Positions 37,120-46,984 of a DNA stretch of 64,000 nucleotides are shown here, piece by piece. The DNA comes from a virus, in IMG/VR virus record IMGVR_UViG_3300037486_000490, positions 28,501 to 92,500 of that record; one strand, written 5' to 3'. The translations under genes were made by a program, and so were the position numbers. The notes under the pieces were generated by a model. That model was not told where the DNA came from and made no database searches. It saw only the letters and a list, made by a program, of their open reading frames with translations. Each line of letters begins with the position of its first letter. The first letter of the stretch is position 1.

Positions 37120-38264
37120 CAACAACCTTATTAAAGATTGATAGCGCGGATAAGATCCGCGTTATCTTTTTAAGCACCGACGGCGGTGATATTGTTCGTG
37201 CAACAGGTATACTTTATGGTAATCTCATTAATACCAGGACACCTTGTACAGGTAAGAATATTGGTAAAGCCAATGAAACAAAACCCGATGAACAGGCTAT
37301 ACTGGAAATGAACTCCACCATTGTGGAAAAATGCAGTGAGGGGTATGTCAATGCTACCTCATGGGTTCTTGATACCATCAATGAAGCAGAGATGCGTGAG
37401 CGTATCAAAGCTCAAACAACTGATGCACCCCAGGCAATGCTTGCCAAGGTGTATGAAGAGAAATATGCAGACTTCAAGAATGGTGTACTATGCTCTCCCA
37501 AGCTCGATGGCATGCGTTGTATGGCAGTTGTACCCGAAAGTGGACCAATCATACTCTGGTCACGCGGGGGCAAGCAAATTGACACAATGGGACATATTAT
37601 CAAGGATCTTGAAATCATGCGTACTAATGGATTTTATGGTACTCTTGACGGTGAACTCTATTACCATGACAAGGGTGCTGAAAACTTCCAGGATATCATG
37701 AAAGCAATTAAAAAGTATCGTCCTGGTATATCTGAGAATGTACAATACTGGGTATATGACATAATATCAACCTCTGGTACAGCTGAGAACCGTGCATTGG
37801 CATACGGTATAGCAATTAGTGGATGTAACCTTAATTGTATTCATGTGGTACCACAGTTCCTGGTACATTCTAAGAAAATGGCAGATGAGTATCATGAAGA
37901 ATTCTTGTCTGAAGGTTACGAAGGAACTATGCTGAAGAATGCATCATCCCTTTACCAGCCTGATAAACGATCATCAGACCTGCTTAAGCTGAAAGATTTC
38001 CAGGATGCAGAATATGAAATTGCAGATATTGTTCCAATGGAACGTATGCCTGAATGTGGCAAAGTCATCTGTAGAAGAACGTATGGCGATGGTACATGGA
38101 AAGTCTTCACAGCTACACCCAAAATGTCATATGCAGATCGTAAAGAACTCCTTGATAACAAGGAGAAATATATTGGCAGAAAAGCTACAATACAGTATTT
38201 CAGCTTAACTGACGATGGACTACCAAGATTTCCAATTATGAAAGGAGTAAGAATAGACGTATGA
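37116..38264 (+). CDS. ATP-dependent DNA ligase
   Basis: SPKLDGMRC (KxDG), LDGELY, GYEGTMLK, LLKLKDFQDAEY, GLPRFP. Confidence 0.92.
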   Translation: MTTTLLKIDSADKIRVIFLSTDGGDIVRATGILYGNLINTRTPCTGKNIGKANETKPDEQAILEMNSTIVEKCSEGYVNATSWVLDTINEAEMRERIKAQTTDAPQAMLAKVYEEKYADFKNGVLCSPKLDGMRCMAVVPESGPIILWSRGGKQIDTMGHIIKDLEIMRTNGFYGTLDGELYYHDKGAENFQDIMKAIKKYRPGISENVQYWVYDIISTSGTAENRALAYGIAISGCNLNCIHVVPQFLVHSKKMADEYHEEFLSEGYEGTMLKNASSLYQPDKRSSDLLKLKDFQDAEYEIADIVPMERMPECGKVICRRTYGDGTWKVFTATPKMSYADRKELLDNKEKYIGRKATIQYFSLTDDGLPRFPIMKGVRIDV

Positions 38265-38551
38265 AAACAATTGTAATTACACTTTTTATCATAGCCATAG
38301 GCATAGTCATCTGGGAACAACTGCAGGAGATGATACGCAAGGAAAACAGAAAGCTGAAGTATACTGAATTGATGATATTCAAATACTATGTCAATAACTG
38401 CAGTCTTACTCAACAATCATTTGATATTATCCTGGACAGGCTTAAAAATGAGCGTGCATCAGATGAGATGAATGATCCAGATTACCTCAATGAGGTAAAT
38501 TCAATCGGGCTCCTATTTGAAGAGCGATTTAAATATACCCAGGCATTGTAA
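38261..38551 (+). CDS. Membrane-anchored hypothetical protein
   Basis: N-terminal TM segment. Confidence 0.5.
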   Translation: MKTIVITLFIIAIGIVIWEQLQEMIRKENRKLKYTELMIFKYYVNNCSLTQQSFDIILDRLKNERASDEMNDPDYLNEVNSIGLLFEERFKYTQAL

Positions 38552-38555
38552 CCTG

Positions 38556-38631
38556 GTCAAAGGGCAGCTCGCAGGTGAGAGCATCATACTGTACATATGA
38601 GGACGGTGGTTCGAATCCATCCCCTTTTGAC
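38556..38631 (+). tRNA. tRNA with GTA anticodon (Tyr-like), irregular acceptor stem
   Basis: GCTC/GAGC D-stem; TCATA-CTGTACA-TATGA; short variable loop; GGTGG-TTCGAAT-CCATC; acceptor GTCAAAGGG/CCCTTTTGAC has a bulge. Confidence 0.6.
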
Positions 38632-38654
38632 AAATATCTATAGTAATCAACTAA

Positions 38655-38936
38655 ATGTGCGATTTAAAAATGGTTGAAAAATCCCTGACCAAACTGGTCA
38701 GAACCATCAAGAGCTGTAAAACCGAAGATCAAATGGCTTCAGTGCAGAACATGATGGAAAGTTATCTGAATGGTCTCCGCTTTGAAGGTGTTGTAGATGT
38801 CTCCCGTGTGGAGTTATATCTTAAGGGCGCCTACAATATCCAGGAGATGTATCTCTGGGGTACAAATCCCCTACCCGGTGTATTACTGTTTCCGGAAATT
38901 AAAACAGAAGATATTTCTGTATTACCTCAATTGTAA
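38655..38936 (+). CDS. Hypothetical protein
   Basis: IKSCKTEDQM motif; ORF in operon orientation. Confidence 0.55.
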   Translation: MCDLKMVEKSLTKLVRTIKSCKTEDQMASVQNMMESYLNGLRFEGVVDVSRVELYLKGAYNIQEMYLWGTNPLPGVLLFPEIKTEDISVLPQL

Positions 38937-39005
38937 TACATAGAAGAAAGATTTAACAGAAGAAAATGCTGTATTGATTAATTTATTACTTAATTTTACG
39001 AACAC

Positions 39006-39518
39006 ATGGAAAACAATTTGATGAAAGTAATCGCCATAGGCGAGACATTACAGGACAAGAACGGCAATGATTACCGTATGGTCACACTTCAGAACCCAAC
39101 TCACAAGACAATTGTGGACGAGGAATCAGGTGAAGTTCTCACACTCCGTCAGCCGGCTCTGAAAGCCACCAAATCAGCGTACGATGAGAGCTATCTCGAT
39201 GGTACCAAGGAATGGCTTGCTGATGCCAAAGAAGGTGAAGTGGTTGAAGGCAGCGTTGAGAAACGCCCCGTTGATCAGTATGAATTCATCGGTCGTGAAG
39301 GTGAAGCCCGGGTCACAAACAGCTATACGCTGGCAGTATTCGGTAAGACCAGTGCATCGAACTGGGAAGAGATTGTTGCAGCTGCATTCAAGCGCAACGG
39401 TCATCCTCTTGCAGGCACGGTCAATGTTGAACCGGCAAAAGAAACTGCAAAGCGTGTTGACATAACCGCAGGAACAGCTGCAAAGACAACAGCTCCTAAA
39501 GCTGTTGTTGAGTTCTAA
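39006..39518 (+). CDS. Putative single-stranded DNA-binding protein
   Basis: Beta-rich, flexible tail ending in an acidic/aromatic EF; followed by a hairpin; upstream of polA. Confidence 0.5.
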   Translation: MENNLMKVIAIGETLQDKNGNDYRMVTLQNPTHKTIVDEESGEVLTLRQPALKATKSAYDESYLDGTKEWLADAKEGEVVEGSVEKRPVDQYEFIGREGEARVTNSYTLAVFGKTSASNWEEIVAAAFKRNGHPLAGTVNVEPAKETAKRVDITAGTAAKTTAPKAVVEF

Positions 39519-39579
39519 TAATACATGGTAGACCCGGGTAACATCGGGTTCTGCCATTAACTTTTAAAAATAACAGTAA

Positions 39580-39966
39580 ATGGAAAGAGTAAGTATAATA
39601 TCCGCAGTGTGGCGTTCAAAGAAAGGTAACATCGCTTTAAGCAACCGTGACAAGATGCCAAATGATTACCTGCAACGTGTGCTCAATTACAGCGAGCATC
39701 GTTACATGGATTACAACAACAAGGCAAATTCAATCTCTGTTGAGATTGAGAAGCTGGAACAGCAGCTCAAAGAAGCATTCGATAAAAGCGTAGTGTTTAA
39801 AGGGCTTGTAAAGGAAATACGGTCAGAGAGTACCAGGCGTGGTTTTAACATCGAATCTCTTGCCGATAAGAACCCTGACAAGTTTGAGATACTTCGCAAT
39901 GACTTCAAACTGGATGCGGCAGCTGCTGCCCAGCTTAACCTTTTTGAAACTGCAGCCGGAGTATGA
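39580..39966 (+). CDS. Coiled-coil hypothetical protein
   Basis: ISVEIEKLEQQLKEA; coupled to the polymerase gene. Confidence 0.55.
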   Translation: MERVSIISAVWRSKKGNIALSNRDKMPNDYLQRVLNYSEHRYMDYNNKANSISVEIEKLEQQLKEAFDKSVVFKGLVKEIRSESTRRGFNIESLADKNPDKFEILRNDFKLDAAAAAQLNLFETAAGV

Positions 39967-41852
39967 TATACTTCATCTCTAACCAGGCAAGATGGCAGAG
40001 CTCTTTTGCATCAGCTACTATAGAGGATGTGATAGAGTTCTGCCAGAAAGCTGGCGCCATTGCTGTGGATACCGAGACCACAGGTCTTAATTACATTGAT
40101 GGGCATATCATCATGCTTCAGATAGGCAATGAGACTGACCAGTTTGTCATTGATGCCAGGAACGTGGATATACTTCCTCTTAAGGAAGTGCTGGAGTCCA
40201 GGACCATTGTAAAATACCTGCAGAATGTAAAGTTTGACTATAAGTTCTTCCGCAGAGCCGGCATCACATTGGAAAATACTGTAGACACCATGCTCCAGGA
40301 ACAGATTATTGTTAATGGTAAACAGTTCGAAGGATTCAGTCTTGCTGTACTTGTGAGTAAATACATGGGCATACAGCTTGACAAATCTACCCGCATAGAA
40401 TTCAGTAACTGGGGAGATAAGGAATTTACAGATAAGCAAATTATATATGGTGCTGATGATGTCAAATATCTTATTTCTATATCTGATCTGCAAGAGTTTG
40501 AAGCAGAGCGGTATAATCTCGGATTGGTTTTAAAATTAGAGAATTCCGCTGCTTTAGCAGCCGCGGATATATCTTATAATGGTATGGCTATTGAGACAGA
40601 GAAATGGCTTGCCATAGCATCAACGGCAAAAGAAGAAGCAAGAGCCATTGAAATGGAACTTGATGCTATGGTGATATCTGATCCCGCACTTTTTGAGACA
40701 TGCCGTCTTGAAGCTATTCAGCAGGATCTATGGAGACCTATTGAAGAGCTGCGTAAGATAGGAGTGAATTGGTCATCACCTCTTCAGGTGGTAAAGCTTT
40801 TTCAAAGCTTTCTTCCATCCCTGGAGAATGTGAATTCTGACCAGATATCCCCATTCCGGTTTGAATACCCTGTTATAGACCGATATATTACTTACAAGGA
40901 ATATGACAAGCGTGCATCATCTTACGGTGAAGCGTTTCTTGAGAACATTGCATCTGATGGACGTATCCATACTGATTTCAAGCAGATTCTGGTAACAGGA
41001 CGCATGAGCTCATCCAATCCCAATATGCAGCAAATACCCGGTAGTAATCTATATCGTAACTGTTTCATACCAGGATATCCTGATTGGGTATTTGTAAGCG
41101 CTGATTATGCCTCACAGGAGCTGGCATTGATTGCTTTTGCAAGCAAAGATCCCGTATGGCTGAAAGCACTTGAGACCGGTCAGGACCTGCATAGCGTATG
41201 CGCTGAACTGGTATTTGGTGATGAATGGATGCAAGCTGCAGAAGTCAATTGTGCATACTATCTAAAGGGTGCAAAAGTCAAATGCGACTGCAAGCGTCAT
41301 AAAAAATTAAGACAATCTGTTAAAGAAATCAATTTTGGGCTTGCATATGGTATGACAGAAATGAAATTATCAAGCAAACTACGTATTGAACCTAAACAAG
41401 CAGCCAAACTCATCAACGATTACTTTAAAATCTTTCCTTCTATAAAGGAATACCTTGATGCATGTGGCAATTTTGGTAAGCAAAAAGGTTACATACGCAC
41501 TCTCTCTCCATGGGGCAGAATGAGATGGTTTGCCGATTGGCAACCTCGAGGAATGGAATGGGGATTACAGGGAAGTATAGAACGTGAATCAAAAAATACC
41601 CCTATACAAGGTGCAGGAGCCGATATGGTGAAGTATGCTCTTATACAGATACGAAACTATATCCGGGATAATAAAGTCCCTGTGAAGCTTGTAATGCAGG
41701 TTCATGACCAAATCGATACCATCTGTCCCAAGGATTACGCACCACAGTGGCGTGTAATACTTAAGGAGCTGATGGAGAAAGCAGCAATATTAACAATCCC
41801 TTCTGGCTTACTTAAAGCAGAAGTAAACATATCACTTGTATGGGAGAAATAG
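39963..41852 (+). CDS. polA: DNA polymerase family A with 3'-5' exonuclease
   Basis: VDTETTG, QNVKFD, YGADD; TGRMSSSNPNMQQIP, ADYASQEL, KEINFGLAYG, NTPIQG, QVHDQI. Confidence 0.95.
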   Translation: MIYFISNQARWQSSFASATIEDVIEFCQKAGAIAVDTETTGLNYIDGHIIMLQIGNETDQFVIDARNVDILPLKEVLESRTIVKYLQNVKFDYKFFRRAGITLENTVDTMLQEQIIVNGKQFEGFSLAVLVSKYMGIQLDKSTRIEFSNWGDKEFTDKQIIYGADDVKYLISISDLQEFEAERYNLGLVLKLENSAALAAADISYNGMAIETEKWLAIASTAKEEARAIEMELDAMVISDPALFETCRLEAIQQDLWRPIEELRKIGVNWSSPLQVVKLFQSFLPSLENVNSDQISPFRFEYPVIDRYITYKEYDKRASSYGEAFLENIASDGRIHTDFKQILVTGRMSSSNPNMQQIPGSNLYRNCFIPGYPDWVFVSADYASQELALIAFASKDPVWLKALETGQDLHSVCAELVFGDEWMQAAEVNCAYYLKGAKVKCDCKRHKKLRQSVKEINFGLAYGMTEMKLSSKLRIEPKQAAKLINDYFKIFPSIKEYLDACGNFGKQKGYIRTLSPWGRMRWFADWQPRGMEWGLQGSIERESKNTPIQGAGADMVKYALIQIRNYIRDNKVPVKLVMQVHDQIDTICPKDYAPQWRVILKELMEKAAILTIPSGLLKAEVNISLVWEK

Positions 41853-42055
41853 AATTTAAGGATAAACAACCCTGTAACTACTGGGGACACGGAGCTGGTA
41901 AATGTGTAGGACTGTCTATGAGAAAAGACGGACCTGTCATAGAGATCAGTCCAGTCAATTCCAGAGGTCATATTGGCAAAGTTGTCATCCAGGTACCAGT
42001 TAAGGAAATTGAAGCGATTATTGAAGAATTACGTGGATTAGCACAAAGATCATGA
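41840..42055 (+). CDS. Small protein, tandem paralog A
   Basis: F...C..WG...GLS...P.NSRG...IQVP..IIEEL. Confidence 0.6.
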   Translation: MGEIEFKDKQPCNYWGHGAGKCVGLSMRKDGPVIEISPVNSRGHIGKVVIQVPVKEIEAIIEELRGLAQRS

Positions 42056-42306
42056 GCATTATAAGATTTCCTAAAACCGATAAATGTCATACATGGGGCA
42101 GACATGGCATGTCCTATAGCACAGGTCTGAGCCTTGATCCTTCACCTGATAATGACATGAACCTCTTACTGCGCCCTTTTAACACCAAGGGCGATGTGTC
42201 ATATAGCTGCTCTATGCAGATACCAATAACAACAATACCCGAGCTGATAGAACAGCTTAAAGACATACATTATAACTATCGTAACAATGCAACCAAGAAC
42301 GTATAA
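42052..42306 (+). CDS. Small protein, tandem paralog B
   Basis: F...C..WG...GLS...PFNTKG...MQIP..LIEQL. Confidence 0.6.
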   Translation: MSIIRFPKTDKCHTWGRHGMSYSTGLSLDPSPDNDMNLLLRPFNTKGDVSYSCSMQIPITTIPELIEQLKDIHYNYRNNATKNV

Positions 42307-43156
42307 ATTCGTTGGAGAGGATGCTCTCCTCAATGTACCGGTGCCTCAGAGTACTGATACTTACATAGCCGTTTCAAATGAACTGGCTTTAACATCCGTG
42401 CGCGCTGGTATCCAGAACCTGGGACTCACCATCAAAGGTGAGGAATACAAACTGGGCAAGACCGGCAATGTGGCAACAGGCAGGATATTCATCGGTGACC
42501 CGGAGAGTGGACTGCAGCGTTGTATGGGATGGATAAACTCCTATGATCGCTCGAAGAGATTTGGTCTGGCATGTGGTGGCAATGTGACAATCTGTACCAA
42601 TGGGATGTTTACATCAGATCTGGTTATGCTACGTAAGCACACCGGGAGTATCAAAGAAGAGCTCAACGCTATGATAAGCAAAGCATTGAGGTATCTTGAA
42701 ATAAGCTTTCAGAATGCAGTTGATGCTAAAACATACTTCGAACATGTGAACCTCACCAGCAGTGCCGTAAATGAAATCATCGGACAGCTGTACCTGGAGA
42801 ACGAACTCATCAAGAACTACCAGCTGTCTATTATCAAGGACGGACTGGAGAAAGATACCAAGTTCAATATGCGTGATACACCCTCAATGTGGAATTTGTA
42901 CAACATCATTACAGAATCCTTTAAGAGGTCACATGTGTCCACATTCGTAACGGATCACATCGATCTCCACAAGTACATGATGGGCAAGGTAAAAGAATGG
43001 GAACTTACAGGTATGCCTATACCTCGTAGCCTGATAGAGGATGCTATAATAGTTCCAGCAGCAGCATTACCCATAGCTGCGCCAGCTGAAATATTTATAC
43101 CCGAACCTGTTTTAGAAACAGTAATGGAAGCTGATATTCCCGAATTGGAATTCTGA
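42287..43156 (+). CDS. DUF932-family protein
   Basis: INSYDRS...ICTNGM...RKHTG...SMWNLYNIITE. Confidence 0.75.
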   Translation: MQPRTYKFVGEDALLNVPVPQSTDTYIAVSNELALTSVRAGIQNLGLTIKGEEYKLGKTGNVATGRIFIGDPESGLQRCMGWINSYDRSKRFGLACGGNVTICTNGMFTSDLVMLRKHTGSIKEELNAMISKALRYLEISFQNAVDAKTYFEHVNLTSSAVNEIIGQLYLENELIKNYQLSIIKDGLEKDTKFNMRDTPSMWNLYNIITESFKRSHVSTFVTDHIDLHKYMMGKVKEWELTGMPIPRSLIEDAIIVPAAALPIAAPAEIFIPEPVLETVMEADIPELEF

Positions 43157-43383
43157 TGGAACAGATATATATAAAGCCAAGACCGGAGGAGCATAGTGCT
43201 CCTTCGGCTCCTGAGCCGGAGAAACTCTTTACTATCCCTGTAGCCAGGATATGTAATAAAACTTATATGATACCGGCACGCAGCAAACAGGAAGCGGAGA
43301 AGAAAGCCTATGACAAGGCTGTAAATGATGACTGGAGTAAAGACATTCCAGATTTTGAGGTGTATACATACATGACGACATGA
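43156..43383 (+). CDS. Hypothetical protein
   Basis: IPARSKQEAEKKA motif; coupled ORF. Confidence 0.55.
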   Translation: MEQIYIKPRPEEHSAPSAPEPEKLFTIPVARICNKTYMIPARSKQEAEKKAYDKAVNDDWSKDIPDFEVYTYMTT

Positions 43384-43655
43384 CAACAGAAAAGAAAACA
43401 GCAGAAGAAACACTAAAAGATGAGATAAGTGATTATTACTGGCATATTCTTGAAGATGAGATCACATTTCCCGATCATGAGAAGACCCTTAAATTACGAA
43501 TTATAGAAGCTATGGAAGCCTATTCCGCCCAGCAGGTAGCGGAGGCAACGAAAGACTGCTACCCGAAGAAATATACTCAATGGTTATTAGACGGTACAAG
43601 CATGAATCTTGATGAACTTTTTGATTACTGGACTAAAAACGTAAAGAAATGCTAA
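43380..43655 (+). CDS. Hypothetical protein
   Basis: KTAEETL...IIEAMEAYSAQ. Confidence 0.55.
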   Translation: MTTEKKTAEETLKDEISDYYWHILEDEITFPDHEKTLKLRIIEAMEAYSAQQVAEATKDCYPKKYTQWLLDGTSMNLDELFDYWTKNVKKC

Positions 43656-43829
43656 AAGATATTTGGGTTTACTACAAACTGACTAAGGATGGTTCTATTC
43701 ACATGATGGTAATAAGCTATCCTGCGACTAATTTGTGGATTGATGTAGATGCTGTTGAAAAAACAATAGCTATTGCATTAAAAAATGAGAATGTTTATAG
43801 TTGTTGGTGGTAATTAAATTAACAGGACA

Positions 43830-44282
43830 ATGAAACAGACACCCGAAGAACTCAAGAGAGAGTTCGCAGAGAAGCAGTTTCCTACTGTGGATTCATTTGC
43901 TGAAACAAGTATGTTTAATATTGCTCAAAGACATGCTCAAGATAATTGCCTTTCCGACCTCCACGCCCTTCTCGACAAGCTGAAAAACATAAAACGTGAG
44001 AAAACACCCGGCATTGATGACTTTGCTGACCGTGTTGATGAAATATTTGAGCAGGGCAATCCAACAAAGGCTCAGATATATGATGCCTACAATAAGGCTG
44101 TTGACAAACTGATGCCTACAGATGAAGCTGACAGATGGGATGCAGAAGAATATCTTAACACAAAGGATATTTGGAATCATCCAATGGTTTCGGACAGGAC
44201 AAATAAGAACGGTTATGAGGTTGCTGACTTAATGGCTGAGTTTACAAATCAGTGGTTTCGCAGCCGCATGAAAGGAAAGTGA
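43830..44282 (+). CDS. Hypothetical protein
   Basis: ORF in operon orientation. Confidence 0.55.
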   Translation: MKQTPEELKREFAEKQFPTVDSFAETSMFNIAQRHAQDNCLSDLHALLDKLKNIKREKTPGIDDFADRVDEIFEQGNPTKAQIYDAYNKAVDKLMPTDEADRWDAEEYLNTKDIWNHPMVSDRTNKNGYEVADLMAEFTNQWFRSRMKGK

Positions 44283-44357
44283 TTTTATGCACAAGGGGAT
44301 GAAAAACGACCTTTTTCTACATAAATAATTGAAATTATACAAAATAACATAGCAGAA

Positions 44358-44612
44358 ATGGCTGAAGAATCAACTGACTTTATCAAGTTCAAGGATATTA
44401 AGGGTGTACTTGTGCTTGTGGCGCTTGGGGATGGTACTCATCAGGTACTCACCAATCGAAAGACGGAACTTACCATATTAAAGATTATTGAGAACCTGAG
44501 TACCAACCTCAAGTTGAACTTGGTGGAAACACCTCTTGCAGGCATTGAAATAGATTTTCCGGATGATGTACAATCATTCCAGGATTATATTAAAAATCCA
44601 AAAAAGAGATGA
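44358..44612 (+). CDS. Hypothetical protein
   Basis: ORF in operon orientation. Confidence 0.55.
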   Translation: MAEESTDFIKFKDIKGVLVLVALGDGTHQVLTNRKTELTILKIIENLSTNLKLNLVETPLAGIEIDFPDDVQSFQDYIKNPKKR

Positions 44613-44803
44613 AAGCATATAAAAAATGGCATGATATAAGGTATTATATAGGTAAAGATACCACTGCCACACATGTTACATGGACTACTGATTCTAAGGA
44701 AGCTATCAGCTTTTCTACTTTCTGGCAAGCTGCCAGGTTCTTTTTTGATACCCTTGGATTTAGCATAAATGCTTCAAAGTACGATCCTTTATTGCTTGAG
44801 TAA
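44609..44803 (+). CDS. Hypothetical protein
   Basis: ATGA-coupled ORF. Confidence 0.5.
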   Translation: MKAYKKWHDIRYYIGKDTTATHVTWTTDSKEAISFSTFWQAARFFFDTLGFSINASKYDPLLLE

Positions 44804-44815
44804 AAATAAATAAAC

Positions 44816-45115
44816 TTGATAGTAATGACTGAAATTCAATACTGTGATGTACAATCACGAAAGCTCAAGGAGCAAATTTTCTCCTTTATGGAGGACAACC
44901 TCTTTGCTATTGTACGTGTGGAAGCAGAAATCGTAATTTATTACAATGGACTGAAAGTAAGTAAGAACAGGAACGTATACTCGATAAAAGACACTAACTG
45001 TTACAATGAGGTTGATAATTTGTTCATATTAAAAATGTTTCTAACACACCTTCAAAATGCAGTTAAATCAAAAGAAATTACAGAAGCAGCTGAGTATAAT
45101 AGAACTATGGCGTGA
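44816..45115 (+). CDS. Hypothetical protein
   Basis: ORF upstream of and overlapping the helicase gene. Confidence 0.45.
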   Translation: MIVMTEIQYCDVQSRKLKEQIFSFMEDNLFAIVRVEAEIVIYYNGLKVSKNRNVYSIKDTNCYNEVDNLFILKMFLTHLQNAVKSKEITEAAEYNRTMA

Positions 45116-46346
45116 CAACGGATACAAGGGTACTGTTGAAGCGGTGACCGGTTTTGGCAAGAGTTATATAGGGGTACTTATCATCCAGAGGATGAATAGG
45201 GTCAATCCCAGCCAGGGCACTATCATCGTAGTACCGACTTTGTACCTGCAAGAGCAGTGGATGACCCATATCCGGGAGCATCAGCTGATGAACACTCAGG
45301 TTCTCGTAATTAATACTGCAGTAAAGACGAACTACGCATGCGATCTTCTCATTCTCGATGAGATCCACAGATATGCAGCAGATGTGTTTGGTCTGGTGTT
45401 TGACCGGGTTAGCTACAAAGCTATCCTCGGTCTTACAGCGACCATCAAAAGAGCAGACTTAAGACATCCGATGCTCCTTTCACATGCGCCTATTATCTGT
45501 ACTGTACCCGTTCGTGAAGCTCTCAGGGAAAACTTCATAAGCCCGTTCCTGGTATATAACCTGGGACTGGAGATGAATAGGGAAGAGTTAGCCGTGTACG
45601 AATGCATTAATTCAAAGTACAACTATAACTTCTCATTCTTTGAGCAGAACTTCAATAGGGTACAACAGGCTCTCAAGCATCTCAGCGTGAGAATACCGAT
45701 TGCACAGGAGTTCGGTATTACCGAATCGCAAGTCCTCATCAAAGCGGTAAACTACATGCGTGCTATGCAGGAAAGACGCGCGTTTCTCTACAGTGCACCG
45801 GCAAAAGTTAGTGCAGCACTGGAGATACTCAAGGCTTTCCCTCTTCGTACCATCTGTTTTGCCGAAACTGTGGACTTTGCCGATGAGATGACCAAAAGCA
45901 TCAATGAGGCTGAAGGAGCCGTAATAGCTGTTTCCTACCACTCTGGTATGAGTGTGAAGAAACGCAGAGAAGTTATGGCAGAATTTAAAGACCCCAACAG
46001 TGCTGTAAGGATCATTTCTACCGCCCGTGCCCTTGACGAAGGGTTTGACATTGAAGGCATAGAGCTTGCCCTTATCACATCTGGTACTTCCACCGAGCGT
46101 CAATTCACTCAGCGCGTCGGCAGGAGCATCAGGTTTGTTCCGGATAAGATCGCCCTGATAGTCAATCTCTATATTAAGGACACGCAGGATGAGCGTTGGG
46201 CAAGACAGAGACAAACGTCTATGCCAAACGGTTATTGGATTACAACAATTGAAGAAATTACGTATGAAAAACCTGAGGGTAAACATAGCTTCGAAGGATC
46301 AAAGGTCCCTCGATTTAAACTTACCGGAAATCCCACCGCTGAGTAG
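45057..46346 (+). CDS. SF2 DEAD/DEAH-box helicase
   Basis: AVTGFGKS, LILDEIH, LGLTAT, LDEGFD, QRVGRSIR. Confidence 0.92.
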   Translation: MQLNQKKLQKQLSIIELWRDNGYKGTVEAVTGFGKSYIGVLIIQRMNRVNPSQGTIIVVPTLYLQEQWMTHIREHQLMNTQVLVINTAVKTNYACDLLILDEIHRYAADVFGLVFDRVSYKAILGLTATIKRADLRHPMLLSHAPIICTVPVREALRENFISPFLVYNLGLEMNREELAVYECINSKYNYNFSFFEQNFNRVQQALKHLSVRIPIAQEFGITESQVLIKAVNYMRAMQERRAFLYSAPAKVSAALEILKAFPLRTICFAETVDFADEMTKSINEAEGAVIAVSYHSGMSVKKRREVMAEFKDPNSAVRIISTARALDEGFDIEGIELALITSGTSTERQFTQRVGRSIRFVPDKIALIVNLYIKDTQDERWARQRQTSMPNGYWITTIEEITYEKPEGKHSFEGSKVPRFKLTGNPTAE

Positions 46347-46417
46347 CTTCAATAGAGGTTACTCAATGGTGGAAGTGGATTGTCTCGCTGCTGGAGTGGT
46401 AAACAAATATTTAAACC

Positions 46418-46984
46418 ATGGTAGTATTCGACACACCAAATCAATTAGTGGATTTCCTGGTCAAACACCGGATCTCCAGCGACCAGTTCCTGTTCATGTT
46501 CCTCATTTATCGTGAGGACTATGTTGCATTGTATAAGTATACGGAACAGGTCAAGGGGCTGCATCCGGAAGAAGTCCAGGACCTCGTCCGCAGAGGTTAT
46601 TTAAAAAGCGAAAACAACAATGCAGAATATTTTGCGGACGCGTTCATCGTCACTGATAAGTTTACGTCAGAGATATTCGAGGTAACGCGTGATGCTGCAT
46701 TGGAGTTTTGGGATACCTATCCACCACTCATCTATGTACAAGGAAGAAGATTTTCAACAAAGAATGAAGACAAAGAGAAGTTCCTGGATGAGTACACAGT
46801 AAAGATAGGATACAGTCTCAGGCTTCATCGAAAGGTGATGCATGCCCTTAAATACGGCATCGAGGTAGGTGCCGTCAACACTGGAATAGGCAAATGGTTC
46901 CGATCAAAACAATGGGAGGAGCTGGAAAAGGAAATGAACCAAAACATTGGTATAGGAGAGAAATATGGAGACAAGGAACTTTGA
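46418..46984 (+). CDS. Putative replication protein / helicase loader
   Basis: wHTH-like N-terminus, EFWDTYP motif; directly upstream of the DnaB-like gene. Confidence 0.5.
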   Translation: MVVFDTPNQLVDFLVKHRISSDQFLFMFLIYREDYVALYKYTEQVKGLHPEEVQDLVRRGYLKSENNNAEYFADAFIVTDKFTSEIFEVTRDAALEFWDTYPPLIYVQGRRFSTKNEDKEKFLDEYTVKIGYSLRLHRKVMHALKYGIEVGAVNTGIGKWFRSKQWEELEKEMNQNIGIGEKYGDKEL

